Below, in pieces: positions 49,830-63,238 of a stretch of DNA of 64,000 nucleotides. The translations under genes and the position numbers were made by a program. This DNA comes from Nitrospiria bacterium. GTDB taxonomy: Bacteria > Nitrospirota > Nitrospiria > JACQCE01. The first letter of the stretch is position 1. Each line of letters opens with the position of its first letter. The notes beneath the pieces are model-generated. The model was not told where the DNA came from, searched no databases, and saw nothing but the letters and a program-made list of their open reading frames with translations. The stretch spans positions 1,262 through 65,261 of the forward strand of contig DATIZH010000003.1 in NCBI GenBank assembly GCA_035517195.1, written 5' to 3'.

Positions 49830-51158
49830 TTACTCTTTCACTTCGAGCTGTTTGGCAATGATCTGGGTCGTGGTCCCGCTGCCGGGCAACGCTCCCTCCC
49901 AGACCACCAGAATTTCGCCGCGGCCGGTCGCCGCCGCCTGCAACCGCGGAACGGTCTCTGCCAGCACGTAGGCGACCGGTCCCGTCATTTTCGGCATCGG
50001 CTCGAATCCGCTCGTCCAGACCCGCCCGACCACCAACTGCTGCTCCCGGCCGCTCTCGCTCCAGAAGCCGGCCACCCTCCCCTCCAGAGACGGGGAAAAT
50101 TGATCGAGCAGCGACACCAGCACCGGCGGACCGTTTTGAGAAGGGCCCGAGGTAATCGCCACTCCTCCGGGGTCCCGAAGCGCGTGCGATAGGGTCGGCG
50201 CGGTGTCGATTCTTGCGCCGTAAATGAGATTGCTGCCCTGCCGTTGATCCATCCAGGCAAGATCGAACTGGTGGCCGTCCCACGCCACGGCAGGCAGCGT
50301 CTGGGATCCGGAGGCGCCGGTGACCAGCAGATTGTCCGGACCGACCCGGCGTCCGTGCAGGTCGAGACGGGTCGCATACAGATCGGTCAGTGAGGCGTCG
50401 GTGCCGTTGGTCCGATTGTCGCTCCAAACCAGCAACCCGCCAGTCGGCCCCCAAGCGACGACCGGCTGGAACTGGTCTCCGGTGCCGACGGCCAGCGGCA
50501 TGCCGTGGGTCGCCGTCGATTCGACTTCGGGGTCGACCATCGTCCCGTAGAGCTCCAGACCGTCCGCGCCGCCCGCCGATTCCGTCCAGACGACGTGAAA
50601 GGCGCTGCCCGTCCAGGTCGCCAGCGGCGCCGATTGCTCATCCTGATCCGTGGTGAGCAGAAATCCGTTGGGTTCGGACGCCTCGAGCTTCGACGACACG
50701 TGCGCGCCGTACACACGGCTCAACCCGCTCCGGTCATCCTCCCAGACGACCAAGTAGCTGTCACCGCCCCAGACCAGCGACGGGTGGAGCTGATTGCCCG
50801 CCGCGGTAATGACCGGCCTTGGCGTTTGATCGATCGGTTCGCCGTTGGGTGCGATCCGCACGCCGAACAGATCGGCCCCCGACGCGCGTCGGCCGCTCCA
50901 GACCACGAGGAATTCATCTCCGTCCCAGGCGACGGCGGGGGATTCGGACGGAACGGACAGATCGGTCGACAAAGTTTTCTCCAATCCCATTGTAAACGGC
51001 GACGGCCCCTCGGCAACTTCCCCCGTTCCGGGACAGCCGGATGCCGCCAAGCCCAATGCCGCCGCGCACGCCGCCAGAAATAGACGGCGGATGGGGCGGA
51101 CCGTGGTCGACCGGTGAGGTCCGAGATCCGTCTCCCCGCCCGTCATGCCGATCCTCAT
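49830..51158 (-). CDS. lipoprotein with about 6-7 tandem ~55-aa repeats (beta-propeller-like)
   Basis: Lipobox LAASGC. Recurring units VAWDGDEFLVVWSGRR / LVWGGDSYLVVWEDDRSG / ATWTGSAFHVVWTES / VAWGPTGGLLVWSDNRTNG / VAWDGHQFDLAWMDQRQG. Confidence 0.6.
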   Translation of the reverse strand: MRIGMTGGETDLGPHRSTTVRPIRRLFLAACAAALGLAASGCPGTGEVAEGPSPFTMGLEKTLSTDLSVPSESPAVAWDGDEFLVVWSGRRASGADLFGVRIAPNGEPIDQTPRPVITAAGNQLHPSLVWGGDSYLVVWEDDRSGLSRVYGAHVSSKLEASEPNGFLLTTDQDEQSAPLATWTGSAFHVVWTESAGGADGLELYGTMVDPEVESTATHGMPLAVGTGDQFQPVVAWGPTGGLLVWSDNRTNGTDASLTDLYATRLDLHGRRVGPDNLLVTGASGSQTLPAVAWDGHQFDLAWMDQRQGSNLIYGARIDTAPTLSHALRDPGGVAITSGPSQNGPPVLVSLLDQFSPSLEGRVAGFWSESGREQQLVVGRVWTSGFEPMPKMTGPVAYVLAETVPRLQAAATGRGEILVVWEGALPGSGTTTQIIAKQLEVKE

Positions 51159-52057
51159 GAGACGGATTCGACCGTCACAATCGCCCCTTTTCCCACGCCG
51201 ACCCGCTCACATGCGCTGCCGTGGGCGCCGAAAATTTCCAGATAGCCGGAGCTGTTGATCAGCGCCCCGACGGAGCCGCACTCCGCCTCCTCATAGTAGC
51301 GAAACAGATCAAGCCGGCGCCGTCCGATCGAAATCGTCAGATGCGGCGTCCGGCGTGACGCGACGATGCCAGTCAGCTGCTCGACGGTGATGTTCGTGAT
51401 TAAATTCCCAAAACGGTCGACCCGGACGACCCTTCCCTGGAGCCTGAACGATTCGCGCCGCTCTCTTCCTCGGGAGGTCGGCCGGCCGGCCCGCCCCTTG
51501 ATCGAACCCAGCACCCGGACCGACCGCGGCGTCTCTTCAGGCAGGCGCATCCACCGCGTCAGCGGCCGTCCCAACGAGCGCAACGGCCGTCCGTTCGCCA
51601 GCCAGGCGGCAGCCGGCGCGAAGAGATCGCGCCCGTCGAACGTGGCGGCGGCCAGCGCCGCGACCCGGGGGTGTGAAGTGGCCGCAGGCGACGGTCTCAA
51701 CCACCGCTTCCGGTCGATTTCGACCACCACGGCCGGTCCGTCACGTTCGAAGACGCCGGAGAAGAGGCCGTTGTCAGGCCCGACCCAGAAGGCGCGCCGC
51801 GTGCGCGCGGCGATCGCACTGCGCGGCCCGCCGACGCCGGGGTCGACCACTGCCAGATGCACCGTGCCGTCGGGGAACGACTCAAACGCCGCCCGCAGCA
51901 GCCACGCGCCCGCCTCGACGTCCTGCGGCTCGATCTCATGGGTCAGGTCGATGACCGAGGCCCCTGGGCAGAGGCCGAACAGCACGCCCTTGACGCTGCC
52001 GACGTACTCGTCCTCCAGGCCGTAATCGCTCATAAAGGTGATCAGTGGTCGAGCCAT
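51155..52057 (-). CDS. SAM hydrolase / SAM hydroxide adenosyltransferase family (DUF62)
   Basis: ITFMSDYGLEDEYVGSVKGV..VIDLTHEI.PQDV..GTVHLAVVDPGVGGPR..WVGPDNGL. Confidence 0.83.
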   Translation of the reverse strand: MARPLITFMSDYGLEDEYVGSVKGVLFGLCPGASVIDLTHEIEPQDVEAGAWLLRAAFESFPDGTVHLAVVDPGVGGPRSAIAARTRRAFWVGPDNGLFSGVFERDGPAVVVEIDRKRWLRPSPAATSHPRVAALAAATFDGRDLFAPAAAWLANGRPLRSLGRPLTRWMRLPEETPRSVRVLGSIKGRAGRPTSRGRERRESFRLQGRVVRVDRFGNLITNITVEQLTGIVASRRTPHLTISIGRRRLDLFRYYEEAECGSVGALINSSGYLEIFGAHGSACERVGVGKGAIVTVESVS

Positions 52058-52069
52058 CGGAATCTTGAA

Positions 52070-53014
52070 CTAGCCGCGCTGATTTTCCGTCGAATCGATC
52101 ACGAGCGCGCCGATCAGCTGGCGGACGTCGGTCACCCGGTGGCGGAGGAGGTACCGTTCGAGGCCGGCCAGCACCTTGAGTGACACGGCAGGGTCGGCGA
52201 AATTGGCCGAGCCGATCGCCACCGCGCTCGCCCCGGCCAGAAGGAATTCGATGGCATCATCCGCCGCCGCGATTCCGCCCATGCCGATCACGGGCAGCCG
52301 CACGGCGCGCGTCACCTCCCAGACCATCCGGACCGCGATCGGCCTGATGGCGGGGCCGGAGAGGCCGCCGACGACGGTCGTCAGTTTGGGCCGCCGCGTA
52401 TCGACATCGATCGCCATGCCCCGGACGGTGTTGATCAGCGACAGCCCGTCGGCCCCCTGCGCCTCGCACGCCTTCGCAAACGGAACGAGGTCAGGGACAT
52501 TGGGGGACAGCTTGACGAACAGCGGCAGCGGCGTCGCCTTTCGGACGGCGGCGACGAGCGCGGTCGTGGCCTCCAAGTCCGAGCCAAAGCTCAGTCCGCC
52601 CCGCTTGGTGTTGGGGCAGGAGATATTCAGCTCCAGCGCATGCACCCCATCGGCTCGACTGAGCGCTTCAGCTAAATCAACATATTCTTCTATAGTTTCA
52701 CCGAAAACATTGACAATCACTTTAATATTCTGCCGGCGAAGGAACGGCAACTTGTCGGTCAGAAACGCCTGCAAGCCGACGTTGTGCAGGCCGATGGCAT
52801 TGAGCAGACCGGCCGGCGTTTCGCACAGCCGCGGGGCCGGGTGGCCGGCCCTGGGTTTGAGCGACAGTCCCTTGACCGTGATCGCCCCCAACCCGCCGAG
52901 GTCAAACAACCGGCCGTACTCCTCGCCGTACCCAACCGTGCCCGAGGCAAGAATGATCGGGTTCTTCAACTCGAGCTTGCCGAGCGTTACATTCAGTGAA
53001 GGATGAGTCGTCAT
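52070..53014 (-). CDS. pyrD: dihydroorotate dehydrogenase, class 1B-like catalytic subunit
   Basis: LKNPIILASGTVGYGEEY, AGLLNAIGLHNVG, LELNISCPNTKRGG (catalytic Cys), GIAAADDAIEFLLAGASAV. Confidence 0.92.
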   Translation of the reverse strand: MTTHPSLNVTLGKLELKNPIILASGTVGYGEEYGRLFDLGGLGAITVKGLSLKPRAGHPAPRLCETPAGLLNAIGLHNVGLQAFLTDKLPFLRRQNIKVIVNVFGETIEEYVDLAEALSRADGVHALELNISCPNTKRGGLSFGSDLEATTALVAAVRKATPLPLFVKLSPNVPDLVPFAKACEAQGADGLSLINTVRGMAIDVDTRRPKLTTVVGGLSGPAIRPIAVRMVWEVTRAVRLPVIGMGGIAAADDAIEFLLAGASAVAIGSANFADPAVSLKVLAGLERYLLRHRVTDVRQLIGALVIDSTENQRG

Positions 53015-53102
53015 GATAAGCGTGCGGCGAAGTCAGGATCGGCCAACACGAGGCTATCTACATACACGCCAGGCAAGGGGCGTACAGTCATGCGCTGACT
53101 CG

Positions 53103-53160
53103 CGTACGGCGATGGGGGGGCACGGGGGGAGCTGAGCATCTCCCCCCGTCTTCAATCGAT
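53103..53160. repeat. G-rich hairpin repeat, short form, head-first orientation
   Basis: cgtacggcgatgggggggcacGGGGGGAGctgagcatCTCCCCCCgtcttcaatcgat. The hairpin and loop are identical to the 1065-1090 copy. Confidence 0.8.
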
Positions 53161-53185
53161 CCGGCGATGGGGTCAAGAGAGATCA

Positions 53186-53452
53186 TCATTGCGAGGGAGG
53201 AAAAAACCCGGCAATTTCCATGCGCAAGCGGGCGATATGCCAGAGTGCGGGCCAGCGCCAAGGGGTCGCCATCACGCCCCAGCCGAACCCGAAGAGCGGC
53301 CGGTTTAGCCACGACCGGAAGGATTCCACCGGGCGGTTGTTCACACCCAGGCGGCGCGTGCCCAGCACCAAATGCAGCGCCAGCCGCCAATGGCCCAGCC
53401 AGAGGCCCTGGCATGAGGGCGCGGCGCAGGACCTTTCCTCAGGCGCGGTCAC
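53186..53452 (-). CDS. hypothetical small protein, GTGA-coupled to the greA stop
   Basis: Third-position GC of 17-18/20 in two sampled 60-nt windows for this frame only, with the second codon position lowest. W/R/L-rich product with no recognisable family. Confidence 0.3.
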   Translation of the reverse strand: MTAPEERSCAAPSCQGLWLGHWRLALHLVLGTRRLGVNNRPVESFRSWLNRPLFGFGWGVMATPWRWPALWHIARLRMEIAGFFPPSQ

Positions 53453-53919
53453 GAAATGCGGATCTCAATGATCTCGTAAATAATCAGGCGGGCCGGTGTC
53501 TGCACTTCGACCGTGTCCCCCTTCCGCCGGCCGATCAACGCGCGGCCCACGGGCGACTGGACGGAGATCTTGCCGCTCTGCAGATCGCTCTCGTCCTGCC
53601 CGACCAGCCGGTAGGTCTTGTGGCTGCCGGCATTGATGTCCTTGATGACGACCGTCATGCCGAAGACGACCGTCTCGGTCGAGCCGGTCGATTCGATGAC
53701 CTGGGCGCTGGCGAGCTTCGCCTCAATCTCGCCGATCCGCCCCTCGATGAACGACTGCCGCTCCTTGGCCGCGCTGTACTCGGCATTTTCGCTCAGGTCG
53801 CCGTGCGCGCGGGCCTCCGCGATCGCCGCGATCACGCGGGGCCGCTCCTCCTTCTTGAGCCGCTCCAGTTCCCTCCGCAGCTGGTCGTAGCCTTCTCTGG
53901 TCATCGGTGTGCGCATCAT
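53449..53919 (-). CDS. greA: transcription elongation factor GreA
   Basis: [48 protein letters not shown]. Confidence 0.93.
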   Translation of the reverse strand: MMRTPMTREGYDQLRRELERLKKEERPRVIAAIAEARAHGDLSENAEYSAAKERQSFIEGRIGEIEAKLASAQVIESTGSTETVVFGMTVVIKDINAGSHKTYRLVGQDESDLQSGKISVQSPVGRALIGRRKGDTVEVQTPARLIIYEIIEIRIS

Positions 53920-54061
53920 CCCGCCCTCTCTCTGATGGGGGCTATCATCCCCCCCCTCCCTGTGGGTCAGATTTCAAATCTGTCCCTGTCGAGGGAGCCT
54001 CCCCCTCACGCGCTCCGCCCCCGGCGGATCGCCACATGGTCACGCCGGCGCTCATCATGGC

Positions 54062-58570
<4,509 letters not shown>

Positions 58571-58574
<4 letters not shown>

Positions 58575-58669
58575 AGCGTGCTCGTTTCCGCCTCTCCCTC
58601 GGGGGAGAGGGTGGGGTGAGGGGGATCGACGATCCGACCGTCCGCCAATGCCAACAATGCCCGTTTCAT
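58571..58669 (-). CDS. 32-codon upstream ORF created by duplication of the carA 5' end, stop overlapping the carA ATG
   Basis: Minus strand ATGAAACGGGCATTGTTGGCATTGGCGGACGGTCGGATC... encodes [32 protein letters not shown]. The first 13 aa are identical to CarA. It terminates CTATGAAA (TGA/ATG overlap). GAGGA lies 11 nt upstream of its ATG. Confidence 0.3.
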
Positions 58670-58680
58670 GTCGTGCTCGT
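58631..58680 (-). repeat. 50-nt direct repeat, copy 2 (upstream duplicate of the carA start region)
   Basis: gatccgaccgtccgccaatgccaacaatgcccgtttcatGTcgtgctcgt. Separated from copy 1 by a 45-nt spacer containing the hairpin CCTCTCCCtcggGGGAGAGG. Confidence 0.9.
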
Positions 58681-58707
58681 CCTCATCTTCCGCGACCTGC
58701 CGTCCCG

Positions 58708-60015
58708 TCATGCCGGCTGCTCCGGCGCATAGACAAGGCGTCCGTCCACCATCGTCGTCCGGACCCGTCCGTGCAACGTCCAGCCGGTGAAGGGACTGTT
58801 CCGGCCCTTCGAGCGAAACGTCCTCGGTTCAACCATCCAGGGTGCATCGAGCGCCAGCAGGACCAGATCGGCCGGTGCGCCGACCGACAGCGTCCCCCGG
58901 TCCGAGCGGATGATCGAAGCGGGCTTGACAGTCAGCAGTTCGATCAGCCGGGTCAGCGGCAGGCACGATTGCCTGACCAACTCGTAGCCGATGCCGAACG
59001 CCGTCTCCAACCCGATGACCCCGAAGGGCGAGCAGGCAAACTCCTGCTCCTTCTCATCCGCCGCATGCGGCGCGTGATCGGTGGCGATCGCGTCGATCGT
59101 CCCGTCGGCCAGCGCCTCGATCAACGCCTCCTGATCCTTCCGGCTGCCTAAAGGCGGATTCATCTTTGCCTCGGTCCTGTAGCCGATCACCGCCTCATCG
59201 GTAAGGGCAAGATAGTGGGGGCAGGTCTCGGCGGTCACCGGCAGTCCGCGCCGCTTGGCGTCGCGAATCATCCGGACCGAGCCGGCCGAACTGACGTGCG
59301 CCGCGTGAAACCGGCAGCCGGTCAGCTCAACCAGGGCCAAATCGCGCGCGACCATCGCCTCCTCGGCCGCCGCCGGAATGCCCTGCAACCCCAGTTGGAG
59401 CGAGACGATCCCCTCCCGCATCGACCCGCCGGCCGACAACGTCAGGTCTTCGCAATGATCGATGATCAATCCGTCAAGGCCGCGGGCATAGTCCATAGCC
59501 CGGCGCATCGTCTGGCCGTTCATGACCGGACGGCCGTCATCGGAAAAAGCGACACAGCCCGCCTCTTGCAATTCGCCCATCTCGGCCAGTTCCTCGCCTT
59601 TGGAACCCTTGGTGATTGCCCCGACCGGCAGGACGCGCACCCCACCCAGCCGCTGTGCCTGTTTGATCATCAGCTCCGTCACGGAACGGTTGTCGTTGAT
59701 CGGGTTGGTGTTGGGCATGCAGCAGATCGTGGTGAATCCGCCGGCCGCCGCGGCCTTTGTCCCCGTTTCGATCGTTTCCTTATATTCGAACCCCGGCTCG
59801 CGCAAGTGGGCGTGCAGATCGATAAAGCCCGGGGCTATCACGAGGCCCGTGGCGTCGAGCCGCGCCCCCTTCAGTCCCCGTTCCCAATCGGCGGCCCGGC
59901 CCACGCGCGCGATCCTGCCGTCGGTGATCAGCAGATCGGCCGGGCCGTCGAGACCCTGTTGCGGATCGATCAATCGGCCGCCCGTTATGAGCCAATTGTT
60001 ATTTCGCTCGCTCAT
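58708..60015 (-). CDS. pyrC: dihydroorotase
   Basis: PGFIDLHAHLREPG, DHAPH, amidohydrolase fold. Confidence 0.93.
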   Translation of the reverse strand: MSERNNNWLITGGRLIDPQQGLDGPADLLITDGRIARVGRAADWERGLKGARLDATGLVIAPGFIDLHAHLREPGFEYKETIETGTKAAAAGGFTTICCMPNTNPINDNRSVTELMIKQAQRLGGVRVLPVGAITKGSKGEELAEMGELQEAGCVAFSDDGRPVMNGQTMRRAMDYARGLDGLIIDHCEDLTLSAGGSMREGIVSLQLGLQGIPAAAEEAMVARDLALVELTGCRFHAAHVSSAGSVRMIRDAKRRGLPVTAETCPHYLALTDEAVIGYRTEAKMNPPLGSRKDQEALIEALADGTIDAIATDHAPHAADEKEQEFACSPFGVIGLETAFGIGYELVRQSCLPLTRLIELLTVKPASIIRSDRGTLSVGAPADLVLLALDAPWMVEPRTFRSKGRNSPFTGWTLHGRVRTTMVDGRLVYAPEQPA

Positions 60016-60024
60016 ATTCGCTCG

Positions 60025-60134
60025 CTCAAGCGGGGGGAGTGATGCTCACGCTCCCCCTCATCATTTCGTTGTGAGGGCCGTCCGGTGCAGCGGCTCCTCC
60101 GTATCCACCACACCCCGGCCCCATCGCCGGATCG
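60025..60134. repeat. G-rich hairpin repeat, long (~108 nt) form
   Basis: ctcaagcGGGGGGAGtgatgctcacgCTCCCCCtc...cgtccggtgcagcggctcctccg...ggccccatcgccggatcg, about 80% identical to 3559..3666. Confidence 0.8.
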
Positions 60135-60237
60135 ATTGTAGACGGGGGGAGATGCGCTTCGACACGGACCACGGCAAGCTGTGGCCCCGTGCTCAGATTC
60201 CGCCTCCCCGGACTGTCGCCCATGGAGCTTCATTCCT

Positions 60238-60263
60238 CTCCCCCCGTGCCCCCCATCGCCGAC
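60238..60263. repeat. G-rich hairpin repeat fragment (half hairpin plus tail)
   Basis: ctcccccgtgccccccatcgccgac is the reverse complement of the head of the 53103 copy (cggcgatgggggggcacgggggag). Confidence 0.65.
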
Positions 60264-60288
60264 TGTTCCGCTCGTGCGTTGCACTCGC

Positions 60289-60342
60289 TCAAGTCAGGGG
60301 GAGTGATGCTCGCACTCCCCCTGACAACCCCCATCGCCGTAC
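60289..60342. repeat. G-rich hairpin repeat, short form, hairpin-first orientation
   Basis: gtcaGGGGGAGtgatgctcgcaCTCCCCCtgacaacccccatcgccgtacg. Confidence 0.85.
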
Positions 60343-60351
60343 GTTTTATAA

Positions 60352-61955
<1,604 letters not shown>

Positions 61956-61956
61956 A

Positions 61957-61990
61957 CAAAAAAGCCCTCTCCCTCGAAGATGGAGAAGGC
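61957..61990 (-). terminator. intrinsic terminator of the pyrR leader (attenuator)
   Basis: Minus strand GCCTTCTCCatcttcgagGGAGAGGGCTTTTTTGTG: 9-bp stem with one G.U pair, then a U6 tract, 86 nt upstream of the pyrR ATG. Confidence 0.7.
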
Positions 61991-62019
61991 CTCTGTCGGC
62001 GGAACTGCACTCTCTCTCC

Positions 62020-62051
62020 CCTTTCCAGCCTCGCAGGGCTGGGTTTAAAGG
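62020..62051 (-). promoter_or_regulatory. candidate PyrR-binding stem-loop (anti-antiterminator)
   Basis: Minus-strand RNA CCUUUAAACCCAGCCCUGCGAGGCUGGAAAGG: outer stem CCUUU/AAAGG, A-rich internal bulge, inner stem CCAGCC/GGCUGG, hexaloop. The core GCCCUGCGAGGCU matches the Bacillus consensus GUCCAGAGAGGCU at 10/13 positions. Confidence 0.6.
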
Positions 62052-62059
62052 TCAGGGGA

Positions 62060-62089
62060 AATATAACTGGAGGCGATGGGTGTTGTCAA
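62060..62089 (-). promoter_or_regulatory. sigma70-like promoter of the pyrR-pyrB-pyrC-carAB operon
   Basis: Minus strand TTGACA (62089-62084), 18-nt spacer, TATATT (62065-62060). Confidence 0.55.
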
Positions 62090-62293
62090 GCTCGTCGATT
62101 CCCACGGGCAAGCCCGTTCACTGCGAACCCATTCAGGGTAAACCCGTGTCACTTTGCACTCTGCTCCTAGTGTACACGCCTGCATTCACCCCCGCCTTCA
62201 CAGTCGGGGAACTCTCGCTGGATGAGCCCACGGTTATTGGATCAACAAATTACGTGATTTGACAAGCACGCGGACTGCCCATACGCTTTGAAT

Positions 62294-63193
62294 ATGACGT
62301 GTGCTGACTGCTTGACGAGTCGATCCGCTTGGAGGGTTTTGATCCTGGTTCTCGTGAGCATTTGGACGCTGATCCGGCCAGCCTCCTCTGTACTGGCGGT
62401 GGATCACACTGCCGAATCGACCCCGGCGCCGGCTGAAACCACACAGTCTTATCCCCATCTGATCGCGCCCCTGCCTCATGAACAACTGGCCGCGCTCCGA
62501 ACGCAGTTCGCCAAAGAAAATCCGACGGTCTGCGCCGAAGTGAATCGATATGGCTTCCTGTCTGCCACACCCTCCTGTCCTGCGAACGCGGTGCACTCAG
62601 ACATCGAGGATGAAGACGCCGCCCTCGACCGGGTCGCCGACTGGCTGACCGCCCATTCCCGCTTCACCGGCTACACCGGCCGCACGCACGCGGAGCTGGC
62701 GAAGTTGACGGAGATCAAAGGGTGCGACAGCTGCACGCCGCCGGTGCCGGAAGGCGATCTCATTGAGCTGCGCCTCTACTTCCCCAGGCAGGTGATGTAC
62801 GATCTGCCGGTGGAGGGGGACGTCAGCCAATTGGTTGTGTATGTCAACCGCAATGGCATCTTTCGAGTCGACGGCTCCTGGCTGCCGGATAGTCCCTTGC
62901 CCCTGCGATCGACGATGCGCAGTATCGACGCCCGCGCCAGACTGGTCGGACTAAAGCTGCCCTCCAGCGGCGCGTCGGCCCCGTTGCAGACGATCACCGA
63001 CAGGGACTTGGCCCACCCCGCCCGACGGGTGGTCTTTGTCAAAGAGACCGCACATGGATTGGAAGTCCGGGTAGCCTGGAAGATCCCGGTCGATGCCGCG
63101 ATGGACTGGATCGCTTACGTCGATGGAATGACCGGAGAAGTCTTGCGCATCAGTCCGATGCCGCACTCGGCATCGCCCAAGAACAGGGGGTGA
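62294..63193 (+). CDS. secreted protein with C-terminal PepSY/FTP-like domain
   Basis: Signal peptide ..WRVLILVLVSIWTLIRPASSVLA. The C-terminus RRVVFVKETAHGLEVRVAWKIPVDAAMDWIAYVDGMTGEVLRI resembles the PepSY pattern. Confidence 0.5.
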   Translation: MTCADCLTSRSAWRVLILVLVSIWTLIRPASSVLAVDHTAESTPAPAETTQSYPHLIAPLPHEQLAALRTQFAKENPTVCAEVNRYGFLSATPSCPANAVHSDIEDEDAALDRVADWLTAHSRFTGYTGRTHAELAKLTEIKGCDSCTPPVPEGDLIELRLYFPRQVMYDLPVEGDVSQLVVYVNRNGIFRVDGSWLPDSPLPLRSTMRSIDARARLVGLKLPSSGASAPLQTITDRDLAHPARRVVFVKETAHGLEVRVAWKIPVDAAMDWIAYVDGMTGEVLRISPMPHSASPKNRG

Positions 63194-63238
63194 CGCGGGC
63201 AGGTTGACAACGGCCGTCCGCTCTCCTACCATCTGCCC

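Noticed and set aside
53088-53414. 108-aa minus ORF and the 357-aa plus ORF 53167..54240 in the greA-pyrD gap.
   Set aside because: Third-position GC in the 53088 frame is only about 45-50%. The plus ORF is antisense to greA and carries the high GC at its second codon position. Only the 53186..53452 frame shows coding-like periodicity.
60016-60351. CRISPR-like array, because of repeated hairpins.
   Set aside because: The repeats differ in length and orientation, spacers are irregular, no cas genes are present, and the same element occurs singly elsewhere. This is a REP/MITE-like family, not CRISPR.
60320-60351. CTGACA ... TATAAT on the plus strand just before the pyrB stop, as an antisense promoter.
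   Set aside because: The spacer is 20 nt, outside the functional 16-18 range, and the -35 hexamer is imperfect. More likely a coincidental part of the repeat tail.
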